DNA of 64,000 bases from an uncultured Candidatus Peribacteria bacterium (GCA_964358505.1 CAYHOS010000001.1:22947-86946); one strand, 5' to 3'; positions 37,543-46,885 are shown, numbered from the stretch's first letter. Notes: a model not told the origin generated them from the sequence alone. Translations and numbers: made by a program.

Positions 37543-38691
37543 TTACGGAAGGGCAAGGATCCTCCCCATCCGCTTCTCCCACGTGTGCTCCTGCACGCGC
37601 CCACGCGCTTCCACTGCCCGCCGCTGCGCCTCTTCGGGATGCTGCCGGACGTCCTCCAGGGTGCGCGCGAGGTCCTCCGCGTCTCCGGGACGGCAGAAGA
37701 ACGCGGAGGATTCGTCCAGCACGTCACGCACCGCGGGGAGGTCGGAAGTGACGATGGGACGCCCCGCCGCCATGTACTCGAACATCTTGAGCGGGGACAT
37801 GTACAGGCGGTAGTGGGGAATATCGGGGAACGGCATGGCGAGGATGTCGCACGCGGCAAGGGCGGCCGGAACATCCGCGGGAGGGACGTGGCCCGTGAAG
37901 CGGACGTCCTCCCCCGTCAGCCCCAATTGCCGCGCGCGATTTTCGTAGATGCGACGGTCTCCCTCCGGCCCCCCCACGATGAAGCCGAACCACGTCTGCT
38001 GCTCCTTCAGCCGCGCGAGCGCTTGGAGCAGCACGGCGATGCCCTTCTCCTCCTCCATCGTCTTCAAGCGCCCCACGTACCCCACCACCGTGCGGCCCTC
38101 AGGGATGCCGAAGCGCGTGCGGGCATCGGCGGCCGCCGGAAGGTTCCGGAATCGCGCGGGATCCGCCGCATCGCCTTCCACCGCCACGCGTGACGCATCA
38201 ACGCCCCGGGAGACGAGCAGGTCACGCATGGGCGAGGTGAGGCAGGCTACGCGCCTGCAACGGTTGCAGAGGCGGACGAAGTTCTGCCTTCGCCAACGCG
38301 GGAGCGAATGGAGCTCCAGAAGGACGGGGGCGCCCGCGTTGACCGCGGTAGGAAGGAGGAGGGGCGAGCGGAGGTAGAGGAGGTCTGCCGGATGTGCACG
38401 GAGGTACGCGCGGAGCGCGCGGTTGAAGAACCATGTCCCCACGAGTGTCTTGAGGAAGCCGGGGATAAGGGGCGTGGTCCAGGGATCAAAGTGGCGCAGC
38501 CGCTCGACGGGGAACGACGGCGAGACGCCGAAGGCCGCGCGGGGGTCCAGCGGCACGTCCTTCCCCACCGTGGGGACCACCATGGTGACGTCATGACCCG
38601 AACGCACCACGGCTGAACACACTTCCGCCATCTGGCGGCTGTGCGCCTTTTCGGAAGGGAACCGCGCGTGGTTGAGGTAGAGGATGCGCAT
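37543..38691 (-). CDS. GT4-family glycosyltransferase
   Basis: 'RILYLNHARFPSEKAH' N-terminus and 'PLKMFEYMAAGRPIVTSD' C-terminal motif. Confidence 0.75.
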   Translation of the reverse strand: MRILYLNHARFPSEKAHSRQMAEVCSAVVRSGHDVTMVVPTVGKDVPLDPRAAFGVSPSFPVERLRHFDPWTTPLIPGFLKTLVGTWFFNRALRAYLRAHPADLLYLRSPLLLPTAVNAGAPVLLELHSLPRWRRQNFVRLCNRCRRVACLTSPMRDLLVSRGVDASRVAVEGDAADPARFRNLPAAADARTRFGIPEGRTVVGYVGRLKTMEEEKGIAVLLQALARLKEQQTWFGFIVGGPEGDRRIYENRARQLGLTGEDVRFTGHVPPADVPAALAACDILAMPFPDIPHYRLYMSPLKMFEYMAAGRPIVTSDLPAVRDVLDESSAFFCRPGDAEDLARTLEDVRQHPEEAQRRAVEARGRVQEHTWEKRMGRILALP

Positions 38692-38696
38692 GCGGG

Positions 38697-38705
38697 TATA
38701 GTGTA
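38697..38705. promoter_or_regulatory. overlapping divergent -10-like boxes TATAGT (+) and TACACT (-)
   Basis: A 19-nt divergent intergenic region. Each box lies 8 nt from its start codon (TTG 38711, ATG 38691). Confidence 0.4.
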
Positions 38706-38710
38706 GCGGA

Positions 38711-39691
38711 TTGGAGAAGACCCTCGTCCTCTTCGGCTACGACGACCCCCATTCCCCGCGCACCTGGACGGTACGCCGGCATTTCGAGAGGGAGGGATGG
38801 GCCGTGCGTGAGTGCCGGACGGGGGAGAAGGGATTCCTGAGGAAGCTTTGGGACCTCCGCCGGCAGTGGAAGGGACTCCGCAGGGGGACGGACGCCGTGT
38901 GCGTCACCTTCCCCGGCCAGTACCTCATGCCCTTCGCATGGCTCCTCACGCGCTTCCCCAGGAAACAGCTCCTCTTCGATGCCTTCATTGCGCTCTCGGA
39001 CAGCATCGTGGACGACCGGCGGCTCATCACATGGCGGCACCCGTACGCGTGGTTCCTCTACGTCGTGGACACCGTGAGCTGCTCCCTGGCCGACCGCGTC
39101 TTCGTGGATACCGAAGCCCACCGCCGGTTCTTTCTGCGGCGCTTCCGTTTGCGCCCCGAACGCGTCGCGGTGATCTACCTGGAAACACGCACGGATCTCT
39201 TCACGCCGCGCGAGCCGCGGACCGTCCCGCGCCCGACGTTCGAAGTCTTCTTCTACGGGACCTACATCCCCCTCCAGGGGGTGGCGCATATCCTGCACGC
39301 GGCGGACATCGTGGCCAAGGCTGAGAGCCGCGTGCATTTCACCCTGGTGGGAGGAGGGCAGCAAGCCGCCGGAATGCGCGGCCTGGCCGACGCGCTCAAG
39401 CTCCCCAACGTGACGTTCGTGCCATTCACGCCGCTGGAGGAGCTCGCCCGCTTGCTCCGCAACGCCGACCTGGCACTGGGGATCTTCGGAACCACGGACA
39501 AGGCCGCGCGTGTCATCCCCCACAAAGTGGTGGATGCCGTAGCCTGCGGCGTCCCCGTCCTCACGCAGGATTCCCCCGCCATCCGCGAGAAGTATCAGGA
39601 CCACCCCGGCGTGATCCTCTGTCCCCCCGGTGATCCTGCCACGATCGCTCGGGCGATCCTCGGGATGGCGCGGCATGCCGTAGCCCCCTGA
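38711..39691 (+). CDS. GT-B fold glycosyltransferase
   Basis: 'FYGTYIPLQGV' and 'PHKVVDAVACGVPVLT'. TTG start, with TATAGT 8 nt upstream. Confidence 0.55.
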   Translation: MEKTLVLFGYDDPHSPRTWTVRRHFEREGWAVRECRTGEKGFLRKLWDLRRQWKGLRRGTDAVCVTFPGQYLMPFAWLLTRFPRKQLLFDAFIALSDSIVDDRRLITWRHPYAWFLYVVDTVSCSLADRVFVDTEAHRRFFLRRFRLRPERVAVIYLETRTDLFTPREPRTVPRPTFEVFFYGTYIPLQGVAHILHAADIVAKAESRVHFTLVGGGQQAAGMRGLADALKLPNVTFVPFTPLEELARLLRNADLALGIFGTTDKAARVIPHKVVDAVACGVPVLTQDSPAIREKYQDHPGVILCPPGDPATIARAILGMARHAVAP

Positions 39692-39797
39692 ACGAATGAC
39701 GGATGATCATTCTTCCATTATTCTCATCATGACCGGACGTCGTACGGACGCAGCATGCCGCGTCCCTACCCAAACCTTCCCCATACCGTTCCACGCT

Positions 39798-40202
39798 ATG
39801 CGTCGCCTTCTCTCCCTCGCCCGCACCCATCAATCCTTCCTCATCCAATTCGCCCGCTACCTCTTCAGCGGGGGGTTGGCGGCGTTCATCGACCTTTCCA
39901 CCTACGTGGTCCTGGTGCAGCTGGGCGTGGACAAGTTCATCGCCTCCCCCTCGGGCAACGTCACGGGCCTGCTCAGCGCCTTCTTCCTCCATAAGTTCAT
40001 CGTGTTCCGGGAGCGGAAGATGACCGCGATGCAGTTCGTGCGGTATATGCTCCTGCAGGTGTGGAACAGCCTCGCGCAGATCGCCGTCATCTGGCTGGTG
40101 GTGGACGTGATGGGGGAGGACAAGACTGTCGCGAAGATCCTCGGCATCGGCCTCACGGTTTCGTGGAATTTCTTCCTGTACAAGTTTTTGGTGTACATCT
40201 GA
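39798..40202 (+). CDS. GtrA-family membrane protein
   Basis: 134 aa from ATG 39798, with 'FARYLFSGGLAAFIDL' and 'WNFFLYKFLVY'. ORF-track start 39696 is the alternative. Confidence 0.7.
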   Translation: MRRLLSLARTHQSFLIQFARYLFSGGLAAFIDLSTYVVLVQLGVDKFIASPSGNVTGLLSAFFLHKFIVFRERKMTAMQFVRYMLLQVWNSLAQIAVIWLVVDVMGEDKTVAKILGIGLTVSWNFFLYKFLVYI

Positions 40203-40209
40203 TACCACC

Positions 40210-41172
40210 GTGTTCCTCCCCCTCCTTCACCGGCTCCTGGGCCGCCGGGCGGCGCCCATCCTCCTCTACCATGCCACCACCCGCGCGGAGTCCGAGGCGG
40301 CCCTCGGGGGACTCCACAATGTAGCCCCGGACATTCTCCGCCGGCAGCTCCTCTGGATGCGGGGCTTCTTCGACATCGTAAGCCTCGACGCGTTCTTCGA
40401 AAGTCCGCAGCCGGGCAAGGCGGCGGTCACGTTCGATGACGGCCACCCCTCGGTGTTCCGGGAAGCCCTGCCCATCCTGCGGGAACTGCAGATGCCGTGC
40501 ACCGTCTTCCTCAATGGTTCTTCCCTCCGGGAGAACACGCCCTGGCGTGACAGGGTGAGGGCGCTCCTCCAACAGGACCTGGCGGAGGATTTCTTGCGTT
40601 CCTATCGGACCACTCCCGGCCGTACAGAAGGGCTCACCGCCCGGAACTTCTACCGCATGAGCAAGACGGGCGCGGTCAACAGCCGGACATTGGCGCAAGC
40701 CCTGGACCGCTTCTGGAGGGAACGGGGGCTGGATCCCTTGCCACCGACGGGACACGTCAGCCCGCAGGACCTCCCCAAAGATTCCCTCGTCACCTACGGG
40801 AACCACACGCTGCACCACTACGTCCTCTCCTCGCTGAGCGAGGAGGAGCAGCGGGAGGAAATTCTCGGGAACCAACGCCTCCTCGAGGAGTGGGGCTTCC
40901 GCTGCTCGCGCGTCTTCTCCCTGCCGTTCGGCAATGCCGGGGATTGCGACGCGGCCACCTTCCGCATCCTGCGGGAAGCGGGATACGAGGGGATCGTCTA
41001 CTCCCGCAACCGCCTGAACTTCCCCCGCCACGTCGGTCGCGACCGATCGTGGCCCCGCCATCAGGAACTCCCCCTGCAGGACGGTCTCGTTGCCGCGGAG
41101 CGCGCGATGGCCCCTGCCACCCTCACGGGGCTCCAGAAGCAGTTCCTGGGGATGTGGGCACGGAGGATGTGA
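40210..41172 (+). CDS. polysaccharide deacetylase (NodB domain), copy 2
   Basis: 'VTFDDGHPSV' and 'YGNHTLHH' motifs. GTG start. Confidence 0.7.
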   Translation: MFLPLLHRLLGRRAAPILLYHATTRAESEAALGGLHNVAPDILRRQLLWMRGFFDIVSLDAFFESPQPGKAAVTFDDGHPSVFREALPILRELQMPCTVFLNGSSLRENTPWRDRVRALLQQDLAEDFLRSYRTTPGRTEGLTARNFYRMSKTGAVNSRTLAQALDRFWRERGLDPLPPTGHVSPQDLPKDSLVTYGNHTLHHYVLSSLSEEEQREEILGNQRLLEEWGFRCSRVFSLPFGNAGDCDAATFRILREAGYEGIVYSRNRLNFPRHVGRDRSWPRHQELPLQDGLVAAERAMAPATLTGLQKQFLGMWARRM

Positions 41173-41192
41173 TGAATGGCGGCACAGCCTCC

Positions 41193-42230
41193 TTAAAGGA
41201 GATGGCCGACGGCGTAGCGGAAGAAGGAATCGACCCTCAGGTACTTCTCGAACACCTCGCGCGCGCGCCGCTGCATGTGCAGGAATTCCTCGGGGGTGAA
41301 CCGGCGGTACCGCTCCGCGGCGATCTCCGCCAAGCGGTCGATCTGCGCAAGCTCCGCGAAGACGACGAATGCGCCGTAATCGATGGCGTCCGCGATCGGC
41401 AGGCGGCACGCCGTATTGAGGAAGAGCGGCACGCGCCCGAGGCTGAGGGTTTCGTAGAAACGGTACGAGTAGTTGCCGTCACCCTTCACCACCAGGCTGA
41501 AATCCGACTGCAGCATGTTGTCCACGTACTCCCTGCGCGCACGCGCCGGATCCAGCGTGATGGTGCTCGCATGGCCGGAGTAGCTCCCCCGCCGCATGAC
41601 GTGGGGGCGCACGGCCCCGCTGCGCTCCAAGGCGGCCAGCGCGCGCCTGCGCAGGGTGATGCCCTTGGTCTCCGCCAGCGTTTCCGGGCGCCGCGTGAGG
41701 GTGCTGCGCGCGGTGACCCACGCGTTGCGCGCCAGCGTCCCCGCGCGGTTCTTGAAGTTCTTGTACTCCGTCCAGCCGCAGAACCCCACCGCCGGCGGTT
41801 CGGGGCGCACCGTGCGGAAGGTGGGCGCGCGATCCCCGAGCAGATCCTCCGCGTACGCCGGCATGGTGATCTCGTTGGGACGCTCCTCGTACGCGTACTG
41901 CGACGTGCGGAAGACGACGGCATCGGGGAAGGGGATGGGCGCGCTGGAATCGCCGTGCGCGATGATGATCGTCTTCTTCCCATGCTTCCGCGCCAGACGG
42001 GCGAAGCCATCCAGGTACTCCTTCTCCCTCCGGACACCGGAGTAGTTGTGCGGGAGGAGGAAGTAATCCGCGTCGCGGGGATGTTCCACAACCTGCACGA
42101 GGGGATCCGTGAGGTTCGCGAACGCATTGTTGAGGAAGAGGATGGATTTCCGTTCCTGCTTCCCCAGGTTGGGATACAGCAGGGGGATGTACGGGTGCGG
42201 GGGCAGGAGCTTGATGAAGACCTTGAGCAT
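41193..42230 (-). CDS. exostosin-like (GT47-like) glycosyltransferase
   Basis: 'SDFSLVVKGDGNYSYRFYETLSLGRVPLF' resembles the exostosin C-terminal motif. Internal ATG of ORF 41193..42428. Confidence 0.5.
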   Translation of the reverse strand: MLKVFIKLLPPHPYIPLLYPNLGKQERKSILFLNNAFANLTDPLVQVVEHPRDADYFLLPHNYSGVRREKEYLDGFARLARKHGKKTIIIAHGDSSAPIPFPDAVVFRTSQYAYEERPNEITMPAYAEDLLGDRAPTFRTVRPEPPAVGFCGWTEYKNFKNRAGTLARNAWVTARSTLTRRPETLAETKGITLRRRALAALERSGAVRPHVMRRGSYSGHASTITLDPARARREYVDNMLQSDFSLVVKGDGNYSYRFYETLSLGRVPLFLNTACRLPIADAIDYGAFVVFAELAQIDRLAEIAAERYRRFTPEEFLHMQRRAREVFEKYLRVDSFFRYAVGHLL

Positions 42231-42249
42231 GCGGTTGCGGGGAAACGCT

Positions 42250-42954
42250 TCACGGAAGGGACCGGCGGCGCGCGACGAAGAGGAAATCCCGCGGGCAGAG
42301 GAACGGCTTGAGAGGCTCGAAGGCCGCGCTCTTGCGGTGGTCGGGGTCATAGAACCTCTTGTACAGGTACCGCAGGGGCCTTGAAGGAATGAAGAGCTGC
42401 TGGCGTTGCCCGAAGAGGGAGAGGCCATCGGGATGGAAGCCGCTCCCGCGGAGGAGGCTGCGCATCTCCTCCGGCGTGAACTCCTGCGTGTGGAAGGGGT
42501 TGAGGGGAGGATCCGAGAGCAAACGCGCCGAAGGGGAAGTCATGCGCCTGTGCGGCGTGGAGAGGAGGAGGACGCCCCCCGGCCGCAGCGCCCGATGGAG
42601 GCGGAAGAGCGCCTCCCGGTAACGGGGAACGTGCTCGATCGTTTCGAAGCACGCGATGACGTCATAGGCGGACTCGTCGCCCAGCTCCTGAAGATCGCCC
42701 TTCCGGTACTGCACGCCCGGCGCGAAACAATGCTCGCGCGCGTAGGCCAGGCCTTCCTCGGACACATCCACGCCAACCACGGTGCGGGCACCGGCCTCCC
42801 GCAGGGACAGCGTCCCCGTGCCCGTGGCGCAGGCGATGTCGAGTACATCCTTCCCCGGCACAAACGCCTGCGCGAAGCGGTACCGCGCAACCGTATCCTC
42901 GCGGATGCGATCGGAGGTCCGTCCCGGCACGTAGCATTCCCCCGTGAACTGCAT
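42250..42954 (-). CDS. class I SAM-dependent methyltransferase
   Basis: 'VLDIACATGTG' and 'YDVIACFETIEHV'. Confidence 0.75.
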   Translation of the reverse strand: MQFTGECYVPGRTSDRIREDTVARYRFAQAFVPGKDVLDIACATGTGTLSLREAGARTVVGVDVSEEGLAYAREHCFAPGVQYRKGDLQELGDESAYDVIACFETIEHVPRYREALFRLHRALRPGGVLLLSTPHRRMTSPSARLLSDPPLNPFHTQEFTPEEMRSLLRGSGFHPDGLSLFGQRQQLFIPSRPLRYLYKRFYDPDHRKSAAFEPLKPFLCPRDFLFVARRRSLP

Positions 42955-42968
42955 GGCAGGAACAATGG

Positions 42969-42974
42969 TACACT
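42969..42974 (+). promoter_or_regulatory. -10-like TACACT, 6 nt upstream of ATG 42981
   Basis: Recurrent pattern. Confidence 0.5.
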
Positions 42975-42980
42975 ACCCTC

Positions 42981-43775
42981 ATGCCTCTCCTCACCCCCCT
43001 TGCACGGGGCATCTTGAACATCCTGTCGCCGGAAACCGTTTCCTTCGGGGGTCGGACGCTCCCCGCCCCGCGCCTCCGCTTCGGCGGCGCGCACTTCCGG
43101 AGCAATGAGGCGTTCCTCCGTTCCGGCCAGGCGGAAGCAGCGCGCCTCCGGGAGCAATGCGGGCTCACGCGGGATTCCCGCCTCCTCGATATCGGCTGCG
43201 GGCCGGGACGGCTCCCCATCGGCATCCTGAGCGTCGTGGGAGACATCGCCGCCTACCGGGGTGTGGATGTCTCCAAGACGCCCATCCGCTGGTGCAGGAA
43301 GCACATCACCCCCGCACACCCCGCGTTCCAGTTCCTGCACATCAACGTGCGGAATGCCCGCTACAACCCCTCGGGCGCATCCATGGATGACCGCTTCCGG
43401 CTGCCCTTCGCGGACTCCTCCTTCGATATCATCTACCTCTACTCGGTATTCTCGCACATGGGCGCGGAAGACGTGCGGAAGTACCTCCGCGAGTACGCGC
43501 GGCTGCTCGCGCCCGGCGGATCGGTGTTCCTCACCGCGTTCGTGGAGGAAGGGGTGCCGCCCGTGGAGGAAAATCCCGCGGGGTACGGGAACATGCCATG
43601 GAAGGGCGCGCTGCACTGCGTACGCTTCGAGGCCGGTTTCTTAGCGGGACTCGTCCGCGGAGCGGGTTTGCAGATCACGCGCCGGAGCCACGGAACCGAG
43701 ACCGACGGACAGAGCGCCTTTCTCCTCCAGAAGTTGGACCCCGAGCCCCCCACCCACCATGCAACCTCCATTTGA
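42981..43775 (+). CDS. class I SAM-dependent methyltransferase
   Basis: 'LLDIGCGPGRL' and 'FDIIYLYSVFSHM'. TACACT lies 6 nt upstream of the ATG. Confidence 0.75.
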   Translation: MPLLTPLARGILNILSPETVSFGGRTLPAPRLRFGGAHFRSNEAFLRSGQAEAARLREQCGLTRDSRLLDIGCGPGRLPIGILSVVGDIAAYRGVDVSKTPIRWCRKHITPAHPAFQFLHINVRNARYNPSGASMDDRFRLPFADSSFDIIYLYSVFSHMGAEDVRKYLREYARLLAPGGSVFLTAFVEEGVPPVEENPAGYGNMPWKGALHCVRFEAGFLAGLVRGAGLQITRRSHGTETDGQSAFLLQKLDPEPPTHHATSI

Positions 43776-43816
43776 AAACCGCCCCGCAGTCCCACAACCA
43801 CAGAACAGCATACATT

Positions 43817-43874
43817 CCCCTCTCCCGGGAGGGCGGAACGGTGGGGCGGACGGGAGAGGGGCTAGGGGTGAGGG
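43817..43874. repeat. GC-rich palindromic element, copy A (intergenic)
   Basis: CCCCTCTCCCG (43817-43827) pairs with CGGGAGAGGGG (43851-43861), followed by CTAGGGGTGAGGG. Confidence 0.75.
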
Positions 43875-43875
43875 C

Positions 43876-44967
43876 ATGAGGAGTGCCCTCATCACCGGAG
43901 GCGCGGGCTTCTTCGGCGAACTCCTCCTCAAACGGCTGCTCAAGGACGGCTGGCGCTGCGTGAGCATCGACCTGGAGGACCATGTCCTCTCGCACCCCAA
44001 CCTCACCGCTGTCAAAGGGGACATCCGCGACCTGCCCGCGCTCGAGCGGACGTTCGCGCAGGGCTCCTTCGGCTCCGCTCCCCTCGGCTCCGCTCGGGGT
44101 ATGCAACAGGACCTTCGGCCGTTCCACGCGGTCTTCCACCTCGCCTCCATCCTCGCCCACGCGGTGAAGGACAGGAACTTCCTCTGGACCTCCAACGTGG
44201 ACGGGACGAGGAACGTGGCGGAGATGACAAAGAAGTTCCGCATCCCCTCCCTGGTCTACACTTCCAGCAACTGCCTGTGGGGGCACGGCATGGGACGGTC
44301 GGTGCGCGAGGAGGACGAGCCCAAGCCCGTGGAGATCTACGGCAGGTCCAAGTGGGAAGGGGAGAAGATCCTGCGGGAATACGCGGGCGACTTCAACGCG
44401 GTAACCATCCGCTGCCCCACGATTGTGGATGAGGGAAGGCTGGGGCTGCTCGCCATCCTCTTCGCGTTCATCGACGAAGGGCGGAAGGTGTGGGTGGTGG
44501 GGGGAGGCAGGAACCGCTACCAATTCATTTACGCGCAGGATCTCATCGACGCCTGCCTGCGCGCCGTGGACTATGGACACTCGGACGTATTCAACATCGG
44601 CTCCGACGACGTGAAGACCTTCAGGGAAGTGTACGAGTACGTGATTCACCAAGCGGGGACAGGCGCCAGAGTTGCCTCCTTCCCGCGATGGATCGCCATC
44701 CCGCTCATGAAGCTCGCGTACGCCCTCGGGCTCTCGCCGCTCGGCCCCTACCAGTACAAGATGATCGCAGAGGACTTCGTGTTCGACACGGCGAAGATCA
44801 AGGGGAAGTTGGGGTGGAAGCCGACGCTGAAGAACGAGGACATGCTCGCCAGGTCCTACCGCTACTTCCATGATCACCGCAAGGAGATCGAAGGCCGTAC
44901 GAACGTGAGCGCCCACAAGCAGGCGGCGAAGATGGGGGTGATCAGGATCCTGAAGTGGCTGTCGTAG
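43876..44967 (+). CDS. NAD-dependent epimerase/dehydratase (SDR)
   Basis: 'ALITGGAGFFG' and 'YGRSKWEGE' (YxxxK). Carries an insertion of about 20 aa ('GSFGSAPLGSARGMQQDLRPF'). Confidence 0.8.
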   Translation: MRSALITGGAGFFGELLLKRLLKDGWRCVSIDLEDHVLSHPNLTAVKGDIRDLPALERTFAQGSFGSAPLGSARGMQQDLRPFHAVFHLASILAHAVKDRNFLWTSNVDGTRNVAEMTKKFRIPSLVYTSSNCLWGHGMGRSVREEDEPKPVEIYGRSKWEGEKILREYAGDFNAVTIRCPTIVDEGRLGLLAILFAFIDEGRKVWVVGGGRNRYQFIYAQDLIDACLRAVDYGHSDVFNIGSDDVKTFREVYEYVIHQAGTGARVASFPRWIAIPLMKLAYALGLSPLGPYQYKMIAEDFVFDTAKIKGKLGWKPTLKNEDMLARSYRYFHDHRKEIEGRTNVSAHKQAAKMGVIRILKWLS

Positions 44968-46744
44968 GCGCGTCGGTTGTCATCCCGAGCCCGACGAGGG
45001 ACCACAACTCCCACCTCTTCCCCTCCACCCCCCCCTCCGCGACTTGTTCCAGGGGGACCTGGGCGCGGGAGAGATTCCACTGGGGCGCCCATGCCTTGTT
45101 CCACAGAATGTACTGCACGCCGTACTGCTCGATCGCCGCGGCAGGATCCCGGTCCAGCCGCCCGCAGATTCGCGTGAGGAACGCGATGTCCTTCTCCCTC
45201 AGGGTCGGGTCACGGCCGAACATCTCCTGGTGGAGGAGCCCGACCTGTCCCAGGCTGCGGGTTTCGGGCTGTTGGAGAAGGCGCGTCATGCAGGAGCGTT
45301 CGGCAAACTCCTCATCGCTGATCATCACGTTCTTGAGGTAGAAGGAGTAGAGCACGTCGTGGCGGGTGTGCCCCGCGACGAAGAGGGAGGATTGCTGATC
45401 GGAGAGGATGCGGGAACGTGGGAGCCGTTCGAGGACGGGAAGGAGATCGGCCAGGTACTGCTCCGAAAAATTCCCCTCCGTCACCCGCCACTGGTGGAAG
45501 ATGTAGCGCCCGTCCCACGCGATGCCGGCGAGGAAGATCATGGAAGAGCAGAAAGAAAGAAGCAGCCAGGTAACCGGTGGCTTCAGCCGCCGGAGAGTGG
45601 ACAGGATGTGAACCGGCGGTTGTAACCGCCGGATTTGTAAGAAAAGGACGCCGCTCAGCAGGAAGCAGGTGACCCCCGCGAAGATGAGGGGGAAGAGGTA
45701 ATGGGAGGAGAAGAAGAGCACCTTGCCGTGCATCACCTGCTGGTTGAGGACGACGAAGGCCGCGATCACCGCGAGGAGAGCCGGAAGGAAATGACGCCGT
45801 TCTGTTCCGCGCTTCCACAGAGCCCCCAGGAGCCCTGCGGACATGCCGAGGAAGAGCGTGCTGCGGATCCACGATTCGGGGAGACGCGAGGAGTAGAGGC
45901 CGCTGCGGAACCGCAGAACCTCGTAGAGCGGGTGCTGTGCCATCTGCACCGTCTGCCGGAGGAAGGGGAACGCAACGATCACCCCGATAACGCCGCCTGC
46001 GGCTAACAGGACCCGGGAGGACGATCTCCACCCGCGCCGGTCCTTCAGCAGCCACTCCCCCCCTTCCCAGAGGAGGAACAACCCCCACCACGCCCATGCG
46101 TACGTCCAGCTCCAGAAGTAGATCCCCACCAGCAAGCCGAGCACGGTGCCACCCACAGCGCTGTATATCACCCCATTGGTAGGACGCCCCGGTTTACCCT
46201 GAGCGAAACCGAAGGGTGGGGCGTCCCTGCCATCAGATCTCCTCCACGCCCGCGTGAGGAATAGAAGGGCGAGGACGACGAGGAGGAAGCTGTCCCTCTG
46301 ATGGATGGGACGGTTGAGCCCGAACAGGTTGAGCGCGGTGAAGAGGAGCGTGCCAGCGAGCGCCTGTCCACGCGTGAAGCCGAAGGAGACGAAGAGGAGC
46401 CAGAGGGCGAGGAAGAGGAGCGGGGGGACGATGGCGTCTGCCAGCTGCATGACTGCCGCCGCGCGCCACCCGGTCCGGGAGAAGAGCACGCCCCATGCTG
46501 CCTCCAGGAGAGCGGGCTGCAGGGGGAGCGGCGAAGGATCCCCCAGCACCGCCTCCGCCGCCTGCCCGGGACGCCCCGAAAGAGCCTCCTGCACACGCGG
46601 GAGGTAGTTGTACTCGTCGGTATTGAGGTGGGCCGGGATGCCGCGGTACCGTTGGTCGCGCATGCGCAGCGCCTGCGGCGCCTGCATGAGCGCGGCAAGG
46701 ACGAGCATGCACGCCCCGAGGATGATGCCCCAGCGCAGACTCAT
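44942..46744 (-). CDS. polytopic membrane protein, possible GT-C glycosyltransferase
   Basis: Internal ATG 46744 of the 841-aa ORF, with TACACT 6 nt upstream. 'NTDEYNYLPRVQEAL' loop followed by more than 10 TM segments. Confidence 0.5.
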   Translation of the reverse strand: MSLRWGIILGACMLVLAALMQAPQALRMRDQRYRGIPAHLNTDEYNYLPRVQEALSGRPGQAAEAVLGDPSPLPLQPALLEAAWGVLFSRTGWRAAAVMQLADAIVPPLLFLALWLLFVSFGFTRGQALAGTLLFTALNLFGLNRPIHQRDSFLLVVLALLFLTRAWRRSDGRDAPPFGFAQGKPGRPTNGVIYSAVGGTVLGLLVGIYFWSWTYAWAWWGLFLLWEGGEWLLKDRRGWRSSSRVLLAAGGVIGVIVAFPFLRQTVQMAQHPLYEVLRFRSGLYSSRLPESWIRSTLFLGMSAGLLGALWKRGTERRHFLPALLAVIAAFVVLNQQVMHGKVLFFSSHYLFPLIFAGVTCFLLSGVLFLQIRRLQPPVHILSTLRRLKPPVTWLLLSFCSSMIFLAGIAWDGRYIFHQWRVTEGNFSEQYLADLLPVLERLPRSRILSDQQSSLFVAGHTRHDVLYSFYLKNVMISDEEFAERSCMTRLLQQPETRSLGQVGLLHQEMFGRDPTLREKDIAFLTRICGRLDRDPAAAIEQYGVQYILWNKAWAPQWNLSRAQVPLEQVAEGGVEGKRWELWSLVGLGMTTDAPTTATSGS

Positions 46745-46750
46745 GGAAAG

Positions 46751-46756
46751 AGTGTA
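46751..46756 (-). promoter_or_regulatory. -10-like TACACT, 6 nt upstream of ATG 46744
   Basis: Recurrent pattern. Confidence 0.5.
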
Positions 46757-46766
46757 CGAGCTACAG

Positions 46767-46857
46767 CACCAAATCCCAAGCGCCAAGAACCAATACGATG
46801 AACAGATTGGTGCTTGGTGCTTGGTCCTTGGGATTTCACCGGGGACTTGGTGCTTCG
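46767..46857. repeat. TTGGTNN-heptamer imperfect palindrome, copy 1
   Basis: Left arm caccaaatcccaagcgccaagaaccaa, right arm ttggtgcttggtgcttggtccttgggattt. The outer 10 bp are perfect (46771-46780 with 46827-46836). Confidence 0.8.
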
Positions 46858-46885
46858 CCCAACGAATCGCTACCATGGTACTGCC

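Noticed and set aside
40153-42311. Long ORFs 40153..41409 (-) and 40890..42311 (+)
   Set aside because: They are antisense to, or out of frame with, the NodB deacetylase and the exostosin-like gene. They are Arg/Gly/Pro/Glu-rich with no recognisable motifs.
43675-44916. 413-aa minus-strand ORF over the SDR epimerase
   Set aside because: The plus strand carries GxxGxxG and YxxxK SDR motifs, so the minus-strand ORF is an antisense artefact.
44942-44967. Convergent gene overlaps (44942-44967 and 48521-48570) as regulatory antisense features
   Set aside because: Short 3' overlaps of convergent ORFs are common in GC-rich DNA, where stop codons are scarce. No additional structure was seen.
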